63,402 bases of DNA, filler included, from Welwitschia mirabilis (GCA_051453625.1; 6 parts of one record of this genome joined end to end with filler, not necessarily neighbours in it), one strand, 5' to 3'. Counted from the whole stretch's first letter, positions 37,081 to 51,795 are shown. The notes: generated by a model from the letters alone, not told the origin. Numbers and translations: made by a program.

Positions 37081-39493
37081 GTTCTTCTAGTTCTTTTTTA
37101 GATCCTCCTAGTTCTTTTGTCAATTTTCTAACTTCACTATCAATTTTATAAGGCTCACCAAGTGAATTAGATGAATAAAATGCTTGTTTCCTAATCTAAG
37201 AATACTCAACTCTTATCTTATTACCACATGATGTAGACAATTTTATGAATGATATATAAAATGCTTGGGAAAAGAACCTTTAACTGTTCTTTAGGATTAA
37301 GAAAACAAATTTAAAAAGCATACATGCAAAATTTTTACACTTCATCTAGAGAACTTATTGTGATTAGTTACAAAGATCATGTAGGATTAGTAACCAAACA
37401 AAAAACATATAGTCCACTTTATATGACTTTAGCTTAAAAAATTATTTTTTAGAAATTGATATAAGTAATTGTATCTTGTAAAATCATCATGCTGCAATAG
37501 AATAGTTCCCCCGCAATAGATATAGTGTTATGCCAGCATTCATATTATCACACAAATAGCTCACTCCTTGCCAATCCTAAAGTGGGATAATGGCAAATTG
37601 ATAAATATATAAATGCCTTGAGCTCTTTACAATTCCATACTTTTTACATTATTTTGTACTTAGTAAAAGAATATATTTTAATTTATTTTTATGGTTAATA
37701 ATGCTAGGTTATGTTATTATTAGGATTCTCTAAACCTATTATTTGTTGAGAAAATTAAAGCCTACCATGCGACATTTAATTTGTTAGATTATAATATTTT
37801 TTAAAGCTTATAAACTATTAAAAAGTAAGATATAATTCATTAATAAAATCTTAATGTTAAATATTTTTATAAACTATATTAAGAAATTTCAAATAAAACA
37901 TAGTTAAGAATTATTAGGAGCTCATTAAACCCTTAAAAAGAAATTTTTGCAAACTTCCACATTCAAAATAATTTTGTAGAAAAGTAGTGTGGTAACTACA
38001 AGGAAAAAGATAGAAAAAAGAATATATTTCATAGGAAGGTAAAAAATAAAAATGTTTGGAACCTCAACTTACATGTAGGATCTGAATACATTTGAATAGA
38101 TGAAAATATAGAAAAGTTTAAAAAAAGAAAAATACAAAAAGAAGTTCAACATATCAACTTGTGTGTAGAACTTAAAGATGTTTGATAAATAGTACAAATA
38201 ATAAGCAAAGCCTAACTTTATTTCCACATAATGGGATCAGGAAATTCAAAAGTAGATTCACAATTAAATCCAATTGTAAAGTATCATTAATAAATACTAA
38301 AAAGAAATGGAATTAGAAATTTAAATGTAGATCTACACTCAAATCCAACTAGAAAATTTAATTATATCATAAATAAGGATTTAAATGTAATGGAAATCCT
38401 TATTCTTCTTAATATAATACACATACCAATATACCATTTACTTTATGTGCAATATTGTAAGCTTAAACCATAGGACTAATCCACTAGGCTTGACATCTCT
38501 CAAAGACCTTAGCCTGAATCCCAAATAATCTTTTAATAACAAAAGTAAAAAATAAGTGCATAGTAGCCTACAGGATCCATACCATTCCATCTAAATATTT
38601 GCTAAAAATAATACAAAACACATAGCTAGATCTCTCAAGTTTTAACAAGATGAACATGAAAATGTTGTCCATGCTTCTCCATGTTTTTCTATTTTCCCTA
38701 GTGAAAACAATAGGAACAGTATAGATGACTGTTAAAATAACTTCTTGGTTAGTTTTTAGGTAGTTGTTATTAACTAGATTAGAGGCTATAAGTTCTTATA
38801 AGCTCTGAGGTATCTTTGTAGTTCTTATGATAGAATAACAATTAGGATTAACTATACTATGATAGAATGTCCTAATCTCTTATTTGTTACTACTACTTAT
38901 ACCCTAACAAATAGGAAACATATTCATTAGGTTGCAATCTATTACCGAAGTGAAGGATTAGTAAGTTATTCGTGTCATTACTAGAGATTATAATTCATGT
39001 TCCTAAACTAATTAAAAACCAATTTTTTTATTAATCTTGTTTACTTTTCTTCTTTCCAAATTCATCTTTCTAAAAAATTAGAAAATTTTATGTATTCTAT
39101 AGGAAGTAAGAGCATTTAGAGCATAGAAGCATAGGTATTTAGACATTCACCTTAGATCTATTACATGGGATATCACTTCTATTTAAATGTGATTTATACT
39201 TATTTTTTCATTTTTAGTTATAGAAAGGACAGGTTTAATTCTATTACTAAAATTTGTGGAATTCCTTGTGTGTTTCATTATTAATAAGTAACTTTATCTT
39301 GTGAATGTACATTTTTGAATTTGGATTTTTTTTTTGGGTCAAATTCCAAAGTCCAAATAGTGTAACATTTCATACTACTTTCTATGTATTCTNNNNNNNN
39401 NNNNNNNNNNNNNNNNNNNNNNNNNNNNNNNNNNNNNNNNNNNNNNNNNNNNNNNNNNNNNNNNNNNNNNNNNNNNNNNNNNNNNNNNNNNNC

Positions 39494-40151
39494 TTCAATC
39501 TTTCATCACAAGCATATTAGGTACAAAAGATGGTTTGGAAGTGAGGATAAGGGAGTATTTATAGTTTTACATTGAAAGTTCTAGAATCATAACCCTAGAT
39601 AAACAACCCACATGGGTTTCTTGACCCCATTTATAAAGATATTTATTTCAAAACATGCAAAAATAGTTATTATCCCATTTGTTATTGGGATGACATATGG
39701 AACATCACCATGTTTTACATGTCTTCATGATCCATTGTTAGCCCTGCAACTTTTGCCCATGTGAGGATCATCGTCCTGTATGTCATGGGGATGATATAAG
39801 GGATGATGCCATTACCATTCTAATCCATCATGTGCTACATGTACTATGCTATGTGTGCTACTCTATTGGTAAGTAGGAGTCCTATTGTCCTAATTATCAT
39901 GGGAATGACAGTGGGGATAACACTTCTTCTAAGCTCCTCAAGTACAATAAATTAGATTTATTTGCCATTATTCTTCCTTCAATATGCTAAGTATTAGAAC
40001 ATGATTGAAATACTCCAAATATGCCAAGAATTATATGCTTCTATGATCAGCCTATCATCTTGCCATAATCAATAGAATTACATTTAAACTTGTATAAATA
40101 TCCTGCAAAAGTACTCCAAATACACCATCAGATTTCTACAAATTGACATCG
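39494..40151 (-). mobile_element. Athila-like LTR (family B) fragment
   Basis: Matches 36604-37075 and the terminal block of 19393-20504 (acaccatca...tacaaatt...catc). Confidence 0.8.
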
Positions 40152-40534
40152 CAATAATAATAATATTTTTGTGCTTATTACTATTATTATTATCATAAAT
40201 ATGATTAATATTAATAATATTACTCATATTACCAAAATCTTTATTATTATATGTAATGTTAAAAATGTAGATTGTGATAGTAGATATGTAATGATATTAG
40301 GTTGTAAAAATAGAATTTCATTTAATAGTGTTAATTAGTTATCCATTCTTAGTTCAATGAATTACATCTTCTAATAGTACAAGCAATATTTAAATTCCCA
40401 TAATATCTTTATTTGTAGTTATAACATTATAATTAAATGAAAAATTATTAAAATTCTAGTGATGTTATTCTTCATTTATGACTTATAAAAAGATTTAATG
40501 ACCGTACTCATAGTAGTACAAGTTTCCAAAATCC

Positions 40535-40705
40535 TATGGGCTATGTGCTCAAGGAAAAATGATTGTGTGCTTAAATATAAAGGGGTATGTGCCTTAGTAA
40601 GTACAACTATACAATTAGTTAAAAAAGTCTATGTGCTTAGAAAAAAGGCCTATGTGCCTAGGTAATAGGGGATATGTACTAGATTGAAAAGGCTACATGT
40701 CCACC
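40535..40705. repeat. Short degenerate tandem repeat with core (g/c)ctatgtgc
   Basis: ggctatgtgctc, gattgtgtgctt, ggtatgtgcctt, gtctatgtgctt, gcctatgtgcct, gatatgtact recur at ~20-40 bp spacing. Confidence 0.55.
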
Positions 40706-41879
40706 ATCCTATTCTTGACTCATTATGTCATTTATTATCATGTTTTGAATATGTATAGAGGTGTGGAATATTTTTTGAAATAGAATTATGACCCTATTAT
40801 AAACACACTTAACATGTATAGGATTCAACAATGATGAGTAATATTTTAATGGTCTTAAGCTATTTATTTTGTACTTATTCATATGCATGATGATCTAATA
40901 GTTTTTAGGTAGAATATTATTCTTCATGTATCATAAGTAGTTATATGTTATAACATATTTAGTCTTTAAACTTAGATGTGACTTCTATTTATTTTGACAA
41001 CTTTCTATGATATTGACAATAGGTTGTATTTCTTAATAATATTTATTTGAAGTTGCTTTAAATTATGAATTATATGGTATTTATTTGCATTCTTACATAT
41101 AGTTTCTTTTCCTATCTTTAAGTTTACACCATGTATGACTAAGTTTCTTATGAAGTTTAGTGTATTTTTTGTTTGATAATTATATATAATTTTACTCTAA
41201 GGATAACTATTTTTCATTTACAATGTAATACAATTCTTATATTTGATAGTTATTTTTTATCTACCATGGATTACTATGTCTCCTTGGGAGTATGTTTCAT
41301 TTTTTTACTAATTATTTTACTTATTTAATTTATATGATGGCTAGATATTCTACCTATAATAATTCTAATATTATACACATGATAAGATATACCATATGTA
41401 TGTGTTTAAGGCTAACTCTACCAATCAATATGGTAGATTATGCCTACATACAAGAGATAATGTTTTATACTCGGTCTTAATGTTACTTTCTTCATGTTGA
41501 ATATTCTATGCTTACTTGATTATCAAATATGTGAATATTCTATTATGTTTTATGATAAGATTTGCATTTCTAACTTTTCTTTTTCAAGTGTGCTTTTATA
41601 TTAACATTTCATAGGTTAATTTCTAAAGTTAATCATTGAAAATAAGTTTTGTAAGTATAAGATCTTAGGAATAGCTAAACATATTTGATCTTCATATCAA
41701 TGATCTGATAATATGATGATAGTTTAATTTAAAACACTTAGTGATGTTATACATATGTAATTTATGCACATGAAAATTAGTATGGACTAAAATGAATGTT
41801 ACATTCTTAAGTATTCAACCCAATAATTTCTTCAAGATCTTGATATACTATTAATATTTGATTTAAAAAACTAGATGTG

Positions 41880-42545
41880 TAATTCTATGACATTACATAG
41901 AATAAGACCCAATGTCACACAGTGAATATAATATTACATTATGGAGGAGGATGTCATACTATAAAGGCTAACATTATATTCATTTTAACTAGTTAGATTA
42001 GACTTTAATATCATACTACAAACTTTAATATTATCCTATAGAGGCATATGTTATACTAGAAGACCTAACATTACATTTAGAGGCTAACATTATACTTATC
42101 TTAATGTTGTATGAAAAAAATTAATATTACACTAGGGAATGATGTCACCTCCTAATGTTACATAGTAGACCTTAATGTAAGCACTCTAAGGGATAATAAT
42201 ATATTATGGCATGATGTTATACTTTGAATCGTGATACTACATAGTTGATTTCAATGTTAGATTATGAAGATAGATATCACACTGTGGAGGCTAATATCAT
42301 AATCGTGAACCCAACATTACATAGTATTCTAACATTACAAAGGATCATATATTATACTATGAATCTTTTATGTCACATTGTAGAGCTTAGTGTCAAGTGG
42401 ATATTGATATTCAAAGTTCAATTTAACATGTCATTATTAAGATAAATGTTACATAGTAAATAATACCATCATATTTTGTCTAACACTACACGCTAAGGTT
42501 TAATGTTACATATCGATCTTAATGTTACACAGTCAACTATTACAT
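41880..42545. repeat. Degenerate ~19-21 bp minisatellite, approximate consensus CTAATGT(T/C)ACACT(A/G)TAGAGG
   Basis: Recurrent units such as ccaatgtcacacagtga, ctaacattacatttagagg, ctaatgttacatagtagacc, gatatcacactgtggagg, ttaatgttacacagtcaac. Confidence 0.7.
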
Positions 42546-43137
42546 GATGCTTAGCTTTAAGAACTAATCAGATAAACTAAAGAATGTTAATATAATTAGT
42601 TAAACAACTATAATGATTAGGATAGTTACATAAATACATTTTCAATAGCCAAACCACATTATATGAAAAATTATATAAATGATCTTAGTATAATTATCAG
42701 TTAAATTAAGAACTAGTTAAACTATTGGTGAGTCATGAAGAAGAGATAAAATTCCCATATTAAAGATATTAATAAAGTAACTAATGAATAATAAAGAAGA
42801 AATTAAATGATCACATTAATCATACTAAGTCCTAGTTAAGTTGCGTCCATGCTTAAAAATGAAGAATAGTTCTAGATAAATCATCATCAACTTACTAATA
42901 TGATAGATAATCTTTAGAATCCTTGGCAAGATAGAACTTTAGAGTCACCCATTTAAAATATTTAACAAGCACTAAAAGATCATGAAAATCATATTTATAA
43001 TTTACCATCAACATCAAGATAGAACTCTTCAATCACATAGGTAATATATAAAGCCTATAGTTATAGTTCATTAATTTTAAGAATAATATTAAAGCCTTAT
43101 TATCTAGTAATACTCATAACCCTATCTAGAATAAAAT

Positions 43138-43310
43138 AAAGAGTAGTAACATAGATGAAATGCTTTTTATCCAAGTTTGAAAAGAGTGAGTTAGTACTCA
43201 TGAGGAAACCATAGCATATCTTAAAGAAAAGAAAGAGTAGTAAGATAAAATGCTATTTACCCAAGTTTACAAAGAGTAAGTAAGTACTCATAAGGCGGCC
43301 ATGGCATGGC
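43138..43310. repeat. Two tandem copies of a ~95-bp unit
   Basis: aagagtagtaa...aaatgct...ccaagttt...aagagt...agtactcat...ccat occurs at ~43139 and ~43233. Confidence 0.8.
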
Positions 43311-43749
43311 TATAATAAACAAAAGTCTGTTCTATTCTAAATAATATATTTACTAATATAAGATATTTCTATTCTACCATCTTTTGCATAAGTAATTCAT
43401 AAGAATGATAGCTAGACTACCGATAAAAATACATGAAATCTTTCATGTGAAACAAATATATAGATGAGTTCAAACATAAGTTTATCTCTAATGATTTTAT
43501 TAAAGATAAATTATTGAATTATAATGTTTTAACTTGGGAAAGAATCCTCTTAATAATTATTGCTTTAATTTTTAATGTGTTATGAAATATCAAAATAATA
43601 CCTCTCAAAATCAATTAATAAATAATTTCATTAGGATAATACCACTTAAGATAAGGTGTATCTTACATATAATGAACATTAAATAAATAAATGATGCATA
43701 TAAAAAGATAAAGCATTACCTTATATTCCAAAAGCATAGATGGTTAGAA

Positions 43750-45690
43750 TTCTAACCTTTGCAATAGTTAAAAATAATTCAATTAAGAGAAATCATGAGT
43801 AGAGAAACCTTGAAAAGAATCATAAATTCAAAGGGTAAGATAATATGATTAATAACTATCCTCTAGAACTCAATCATAATAACTCCAATAAAGAAACAAA
43901 AATAAATATCAATAGTGGCTCTAGTAAACAACAAAATAGAAGTATGTTATTGCTTAAATTAGGTTTAGTTATAAATAAATCATCAGTGATATAGATATAA
44001 GGTTTTTTTTAAAACTTTTATATCATTTTTAATAGATATTAGAGATTCACATAATTTTATACATTTACTTACTTCATAAATAAAAATATATATCCTACTA
44101 GAAAGTAGATTTCCCTATGAGGGTACTAGAAAATTACCTTATAAATTAAGATGATATAGGAGCACTTGCATGTTTATAATTTTTGAGATAAAATTTGAGA
44201 ATACATTCTATATATTTTACATAATGAATTATAATTTTAAATGTAGTTTGAGAGTGGCTTGGGTTTAACAACATTACAAAAATTAAGAGATTTCTTCATT
44301 TTATAGGATTCTATAAAACATTTATACTAGAATTATCTTCACTTATAGCACCTATAAAAAACCTCAATGAGTAGACATCTATATATTTTTTAATATCAAA
44401 TGTAAGATGATATTTTTAGTACTACCTACTTTGGCATTTATCTTTAAAAATTTTTAGCTAAATAAGCATGTCACTATGATAATAGATACTTTAGCCTAAA
44501 AGTAGAACCTATCCTAATATAGGATGGATAAGTCATCACTTATTAATCTAGGAAGTTTAACAAACATGAAAATAATTATTTCATCAATGACTTAGAACTA
44601 TTTGTAATGGTTCATGCCTTAAAGGATTAATAATTCTCTCTTTTAAATGGAAATTTCTTATTAAAGATACATTATAAAAGCTAAAATATTTACATAACTA
44701 GAACTTAATCAACATCATATAGAAATGATGGGGTGATATTTTACTAAAATAAAACTCTAATTTCTATTGAACATAAGGAAATAATAATAAAGTATAAGAT
44801 CCATTAAGATAAATGTAATACATGTTACTAACTAATATCATGGGAAATCTTGGTAATTAATTGAGAGATACTACTTTAGAGGATTATATATTGAATACAT
44901 GTTCTTAACAAGTTAAGAAAGAAAAGAACCTAATAAATTTATTATTTTCTAATATGGATGTTTGTCAAAGACGAAAAAAATCTTCTATATATTTTAGAAA
45001 TATTGAAAATGAAAACTAATGTTATAGATTCATGAAGTACCTTATACTAGTTATTTGTGACTTATAAGAAACCACAATTCCATGATAAAGTATTAATTCC
45101 AATCAATAATGAAGGTAAATCTTAAGAATTTCATAAGTAACTTTCCCTTTATCAACATGTTAAGATTAAAAAGCCTATACTAATGAGTCTCCTTCAATGC
45201 AATGAAGTACCAAAGTGGAAGAGAAAGAAAATTAAGAATAATTTCATCACTAAGCTATCTATTACTAAGAAGTAAGATGATTCTAATTTTTCATATATTG
45301 AAAAGTTAACTAAAATGGCTTGTTTAGTTATAGTAAAAAGAGTGAACAATGAATCATTAGCTTTATGTTTTATGTAAAATGTATTCAAAATTTATAAAGT
45401 CTTAATAATGATAGTTTCAAAGATCATAAATTTCTACCTAAGCTTTTGAAAAGTCTTTTTTCATCACTTAAGTATCAATGTTTAATCTTGTATTAGTATC
45501 ATTTAGCTATGAATGGTTAAATAAAAAGGATTAAAATGATTCTAGAGGATTCACTAAGGTATTATATGGATTAAAAATGAAGGAATTAAAAGCATTTTTA
45601 CACCTAGTAGAATTCCCTTACACTCAAATGTTTTAAACATCCATCTAATGCTCACTATCTAAGTCCATGTATAAAATAAACTATTTAACC
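43750..45690 (+). pseudogene. Highly decayed Tekay/Del (chromovirus-like) Gypsy pol: RT-RNase H-integrase
   Basis: FIGFYKTFILELSSLIAPIKNL (~44300); SRKFNKHENNYFINDLELFVMVHALK (~44550-44625); integrase MILEDSLRYYMD and HLVEFPY (~45540-45620). Left boundary approximate. Confidence 0.75.
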
Positions 45691-45698
45691 ATTCGTTG

Positions 45699-48283
45699 TG
45701 ATACCAAATTATCATGTAATTGGTAATGTTTTATAGGGAATAGGAACTCAATTCTGTCCTTTTAGGAATTTGTCATGAATTGATCTAACAATTTAATTAT
45801 GACCTTAAATGCCATATTTTCATCTAGAAAAGCAAGAATTCAAAAGAACAAGGTGGAGCAAAAAGTAAAGGAAAAGATTAACAAAGTGATTGTTGTCCCT
45901 TTTGTCATCCCCACAACATTGGGTATGACCACATGAATAATGGAATTTAACGGAGGCTAGCTTAGACTAACTTGACGAGGCTGACGTGGCTTACTGGCAT
46001 GGCTGTTATGGCATCTAGCATCTCCATGAAATAGGAGACAACATAGCTATTAGTTTTTAAATTCAAATACCAACAAGAATCTAATGTGGTAGACTATGAT
46101 TAGCTCATGAAATGGTGTTGTATCTCATGTTGTGCCCATGATGACAATAACACGATAGTTCCATAAAAACTTCTTAACTAAGTCAATTAAGGTCCAGTTT
46201 TCACCTAATGATGCCTCTTCACCTATACTGATCTCCTTGACCCATAACCATCTTAGAAAAGCTATAAAAAATCCCATTTAGCATTATTTGGTCATATTTT
46301 TGGCATTGGAGGATTGGTGACAAAGGAATCCAAGGAGTCAAGAGTCCATTTCAGCATAGGAGAGATTGTTCTTGATAATTAGGTTGTGCTTCTAAAATTG
46401 AGGAGTCATTACCTTGATAAGGTAATTGTAACATATTCCATTTATTTCATAAAATGTCTTTCTTCTTCTATTCTTATGATGTCTCTTATGATTTGTATTG
46501 AAGTCTAATTAATACTATTTATTAGATTAATTCCAAATTAGACAAAGGTCATAAGTGCTGAGTTAAGTGATAGGTTATTAGAGGCTTACATTTCATTTCT
46601 CTTTCATAATTTGCATTACATAATTAGAATAGTTGCATTGTTAATTTTTCTTTTTACATAAAAAAACAAAAAAATTGATTAAAAAAATTAAATTGAAATT
46701 CAAATAATATTCTTTCTTATTTATGTGCTTAATTAGATTATTGCCTTACGCTCTCCATATTACAAAATTCATTAGTTAATTCATCCTATACTAAGTCTAG
46801 TTATGATTTCCTTGTTTCAAGCATTAATTACTTTTGAAGTGCAAATTTAGACGACTAATAATTTGGCGCCATTGCTAGGGAATATTAGAATAAGCTATCA
46901 AGTGCTTTGAAATCAAAAGTAAGTGGATTGAATTTGTGCTATCATTATTTCTATTTACTTTTGATTTTCATCTAATACCTATTAGTGCAATCTACTTGCT
47001 TTGAGGAGATTACTTAAAGAGATTTACTTGTCTTTTAATTAAAGGAAAGATTATCTCTAAGGTCTACCCCTACCTAAGAAACATTATTCACATTTAAAGG
47101 ATATTAGATTGTTTTAACTTATTGTTTACGTTATGTATCCCATTTTCATTATAAATTATCTCTTCTTTTCATGTTCTCTTTTTATGTAATAATTTTCCCT
47201 TGCTAGTTTTGTGCGATCTAGAATGATTACCACATAGGAAGAAGCCTTCTAATATCTTTTTCTTGGGTTCTAAGTGTAGATTCTAAGAAGAAACATCACT
47301 CTTAATAATTTGGTCTACTCCTTGCACTTTAATGTGATCTTGGATATTACCTATAATGGTTCTGAGTTAAAAAGTTGAAATTTTTAAGTTAAGAAAGGAA
47401 ATGCCATTAAAATCTAAAGAGAAAAAGATATGCTTTCAATGTCAAAAGTAATTTTTAAAAGAAGCAATTCAAGAAGGTGTTCAAATTTATAACTTAAGAA
47501 CTAGAGGTGAGAACTTTTTATTTCTATATCTAATAAATCAGATTTTCCAGAAGATAGCAATTTATGTTCTAAAAATTTTTCATTTGATTCATCTTCTAGA
47601 ATTCTTAAGTTTCCTCTAGAAATAAAATCTACCTCTTCTGTTGAAAGTCCTNNNNNNNNNNNNNNNNNNNNNNNNNNNNNNNNNNNNNNNNNNNNNNNNN
47701 NNNNNNNNNNNNNNNNNNNNNNNNNNNNNNNNNNNNNNNNNNNNNNNNNNNTTCCTCTAGAAATAAAAGCTACCTCTTCTGTTGCAAGTCCTTCTAGGCT
47801 TAATTTCAATTCTTCTGCAAATAAAGTTTCAAATTCACATTCTTTGAGTAGTAAATATGTAAATTAGAATCCTACAACTCCCATAATGTCTACAATTTCT
47901 ACTAGTTTTCAACAGACTCTCAATGATAAATATGGGTTAAGACTTAGAAAAACTCATAATCCTTTTGACCTTTCTATTGGGGATGATATAGAAATTAAAA
48001 ATCTTAATGCTTATCCCTCTTTGTATGGAGAAACTTATAAAGACCCTTATGAACACATTGCAACCATTGAATAATTGATGCTCACATGTAATGGAAAGAA
48101 ACCTATAAGTGATAGAAATTATATGATAGTATTTCTTTACACATTGAGTGAAAAAGAAAAGAACTGGTTTAAAAATTTACCCCATAAAAGTCTTAAAAAT
48201 TGGAAGGATACCAAAGAAAGATTTGTTGAAAGATTCTTGAGTGGAAATACTTTGAGATGAAGACATTATAAGATAAGAAAATT
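45699..48283 (+). mobile_element. 5' part of an Athila-like element: LTR (45699-46860), PBS, leader and gag start
   Basis: PBS TGGCGCCATTGCTAGGGA at 46864-46881. gag-like YPSLYGETYKDPYEHI and FLYTLSEKEKNWFKNLPHKSLKNWKDTKERFVERF at 47886-48260. It interrupts the chromovirus integrase. Confidence 0.85.
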
Positions 48284-48383
48284 NNNNNNNNNNNNNNNNN
48301 NNNNNNNNNNNNNNNNNNNNNNNNNNNTTAATTAATTAANNNNNNNNNNNNNNNNNNNNNNNNNNNNNNNNNNNNNNNNNNNN

Positions 48384-48455
48384 TATACTAAGCCTAATTG
48401 CAATTTCCTATTTATAGCATTGATTACTTTTGAAGTGCAAATTTAGGCCATCAAC
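48384..48455 (+). repeat. Terminal fragment of an LTR matching 46787-46860
   Basis: Shared ttacttttgaagtgcaaatttag block; ends ...tcaaca. Confidence 0.75.
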
Positions 48456-48459
48456 ATTT

Positions 48460-49110
48460 ATCATAGGTAGGATTTATGTTTAACCTATTAAGCCACATAG
48501 TAGATAGTTTCTTTTCTTTCCTTTTTTATGAACAATTTTTCATGATAAGTTTATTACTTGAGATTGAAGGGAGTTATATATGTCTAAAATTTCTACACCA
48601 TCTTCTTCCTTATTCTTTTTATTAGTTGAAGTCTTATGAGTAGAGGGTGTTGTATCATTTTCACTTCTAGTTATTATCTTTAAATCTTTCTTGAGTTCAT
48701 TTGGGTTGGATAAAGTCTTAGATGTAAAAGATCATTGTGAGCATTAATTGGCTAATATTGTTTGTTGAAGCACATTCACTAAGTTTTCAATATTGTTGTT
48801 GATTTTTTCTTACATATTTTTTAATTATTATATTAAATTGCTAAGTGAATCATTTTGATTTGGTTAAACATTTGAGGTTTTTCATTGAAAAAGAGTTATT
48901 TGATTGAAATTTTAAATTCATTAATTTATTTTTAAAAGTTATTTATTCAAATTATGATTAACTTTTAAAGTTAGAAGGCATTTAATTAAATGCACATACT
49001 TCCTCAAACATCCTTTTTCTTTCAAGTTTGCAATAAAGGATATTATTTGGTTAGATGAAAGTTATCTTTAAATATATCACATGTTAAAGATGTGTTTTCC
49101 TCTTTTATTA
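48460..49110 (-). pseudogene. Athila-like gag C-terminal fragment
   Basis: Homologous to ~29950-30600 (tttgttgaag...actaagttttcaat). Confidence 0.65.
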
Positions 49111-49144
49111 TATTTATATCAATTATCGTGATGGGTGGCTTATA

Positions 49145-50345
49145 TGATAAAATAAGTGTAGAAAATATCACAAAATAATATTAAAAACTATAAAATAATG
49201 CTAAAAAATGTAAAATTTATGCCACTGCTAACCTAAAACAAGAACACATTGTTAAATAAAAATACATCAAAAGCTTACTAAAGAACTAGTTAAGACTTAA
49301 CCATTTAGTTTAGAATTCATCATCACAATAGTCTTGTAATGAAGTTACTTGAACTAGTCAGGTTATTTATTGAAGCCTAATTGCTATGTACATATACTAC
49401 ACAAAGGGACAAAATAAAAGAAATAAAACATAATATAAGTTAAAACAAACCACTGAGTAATACTTATTTCTAAGTACTAGAATTATCCTAGTTTATGTTT
49501 AACTATACAAATAGGAGAAAGGTAGAAGTAATATTTTTTTTTAAGTAATAAAGTATGCACGTAATGATATTAAAATGCTTTTAAGCTTTATATTATAATA
49601 CCAATTGTTATATAAAGATGAACTAATAACTATGTTCTTCTTTGTAAGTAATCCTATGGATCTTGGAAAAATGTTGTTGACACCTTTGTAGGCTAGCTAG
49701 AGTTTTTTAAGTTGACCTTCTTACTTTATCTATTTCTAGAATGTTTTTTCACAAAGATCCCCACCTTTGGTTGTGACCAAATTTTATATGTTTATTAATT
49801 TTTTTGTTTCTATTCTTTTTTCCTAATGAATAGGTATATGATTAGGGTCATTATGCTGATTTACTACCTCAACCTTCTCTCTCATCTTTATGACACTTGG
49901 CATCCTATACCTGAAATGCAATAATGAAATATATGCATACTAATCTACTAACATACTAACCAACTAATTTATTTATTAGTAAGCATAAAAATAGATAAAA
50001 ACATCTATTTGCTGATAAAATACATAATTGAGATAATGAAAAACACTTCATTAATAAGAAAGATTTATATAAAATTCATTCTCATTACTTTATTTAAGAT
50101 CGAATTTTTATTAGTGCCTTAATAAACAAATTATTTATAAGAAAAAGAAATGGAGAATCTTATTGTTTTTCTTTCTTTATTTTAAAAATAAAAAGGTACT
50201 CCTCGCTGGATTTTAACTCTTCTCTTCATATAGTTAGCTAGGTAGATTATTTTACCTTTTTCAAAGCCTTTAAGATTTTTCTTTGTTCCTCCTAAAGAGT
50301 AGAATCATTTAAATATGTTATTATTGTAGTCTAAATTTATGTAAT
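49145..50345 (-). repeat. Second, inverted copy of the family C repeat
   Basis: Reverse complement is colinear with 15370-16567; begins TGATAAAA. Confidence 0.65.
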
Positions 50346-50379
50346 CTTTAAGTCCTTAGAAAAACTTGTAAACCATAAT

Positions 50380-51518
50380 ATTTGTAGAAAAACACACATT
50401 ATCATAGATGAGAGTTAACCTAAATGTCATAATCTATTGCAAGTACTAGGCTAAAAGTTATAGAATTGATTTCATAAAGTATTTTAGTTTTTTCTAGTTT
50501 AGTAAATGAGAAATAAACAATAATGCAATGCAAAGCAAGATGAAGATGATGAAGTGCAATGGATGACATGCAAGTATAATGAGTGCTATTTGGATTCCAA
50601 TATTCTTATCACAAGAATTAGTCCTTATAACTTAGGTCAATTAGGAAGAGTTTATCACTTGTTCCTAATTAACATAAACTATAAAATATGCCAAACAGAA
50701 TATGAATAATGTAAGTATAAAAATAAAATGAAATGTAATAAAAAATCTAAACTAACGAAGTCAACCTTAATAAACATTGTCTTTATGATCTAAATAAACT
50801 ATGAGCTATCACCAAATCACAATCAACTTTAACCATAAAGGAAATTTACATAATAAAAGTAAAAAGATTAATTGAATTAATCATTAACTTTACATCCACT
50901 TATAATAAAGTAGAATCACCTCAAAGGAGGATACTTAGTCTAACCCCAAAGTAAACTTCTCTCTGTACCTACTAGATGGACCTCTTATCCTTTAATCTTT
51001 AATCACAAGAATGTCTAGTACAAAATATGGAAATGTAAGTGAAGAAAAGGGAGGGTATTTATAGTTTTACATTGAAGTTCTAGAATCATAACCCTAAGAG
51101 TTAGAGAATACACCCTAGTAACCCATGTGGGCTACATGACTTCATTGCAAATATAAGTCTTTCCATCCATACGAAAATAGGTATCATCTTGAGTGTTATG
51201 GGGATAATAATAGGAATGATGCCCCATGGAAAAATATCATCCATTAGCTTCAGGCTTTGTAGTTCACTCAGCATATCCTATCCATGTTTGTAGCGCTATA
51301 ATCCTACATGTCATGGGGATGACAGAGGGGATGACAGGCCTCTTTATCTTCTTGCTCAAAGGGAAATTAGTCTTTTCTATGGTTAATATTTCCTTCAAGG
51401 CATGAAGTATCAAAATAAGGTTGAGATACCTTCAAATATGCTAAGAATTGCATGTTTTAGTGAACATATTATTAATTCATCATAATCATTAGAATTGCAT
51501 CCAAACCTATATAAATGT
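50380..51518 (-). mobile_element. Athila-like LTR (family B), interrupted near its end
   Basis: Colinear with 19393-20454; similarity stops abruptly after atataaatgt at 51518. Confidence 0.8.
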
Positions 51519-51795
51519 CATTATAATAAATAAAGTCTTTTATAAAATAAACACCTTAATTATAGGTCATTTTAAGGCATTCATTTTAATAATCATCTTA
51601 AATAAAAAATATATAATCTTTTAAAGGTGTTTTTCAAATAAAAGCCTTAAAAGTCAACACCGAATGTTTTCAAGGCATTTGTTAAAAAAAAATACCTTAA
51701 ATGTTTTTAATCTTTTAAGGCATTTGAAGGAAGAAAGACCATAAAATCCAACACCTTTTTAAGGCATTTAATTCCACAAATGCCATAATAGTCTA
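51519..51795 (+). mobile_element. Probable CACTA (En/Spm) transposon terminus with subterminal repeats
   Basis: Starts CATTATAATAAA (a transition-decayed CACTACAA-type end) exactly where the LTR breaks. Followed by direct and inverted copies of ttaaggcatt / aat(g/a)ccttaa. Confidence 0.6.

Noticed and set aside
35990..40151. A single element bounded by the two family B LTRs
   Set aside because: No PBS, PPT, TSD or coding domains seen between them; the left LTR is truncated and the copies are clearly diverged.
41880..42545. CRISPR-like repeat-spacer reading of the periodic array
   Set aside because: Units are ~20 bp, degenerate and contiguous with no unique spacers. There are no cas genes and the context is eukaryotic.
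45699..48455. A complete short LTR element bounded by 45699 and 48455
   Set aside because: An artificial spacer lies between the two ends and the flanking 5-mers (cgttg / tttat) do not match.
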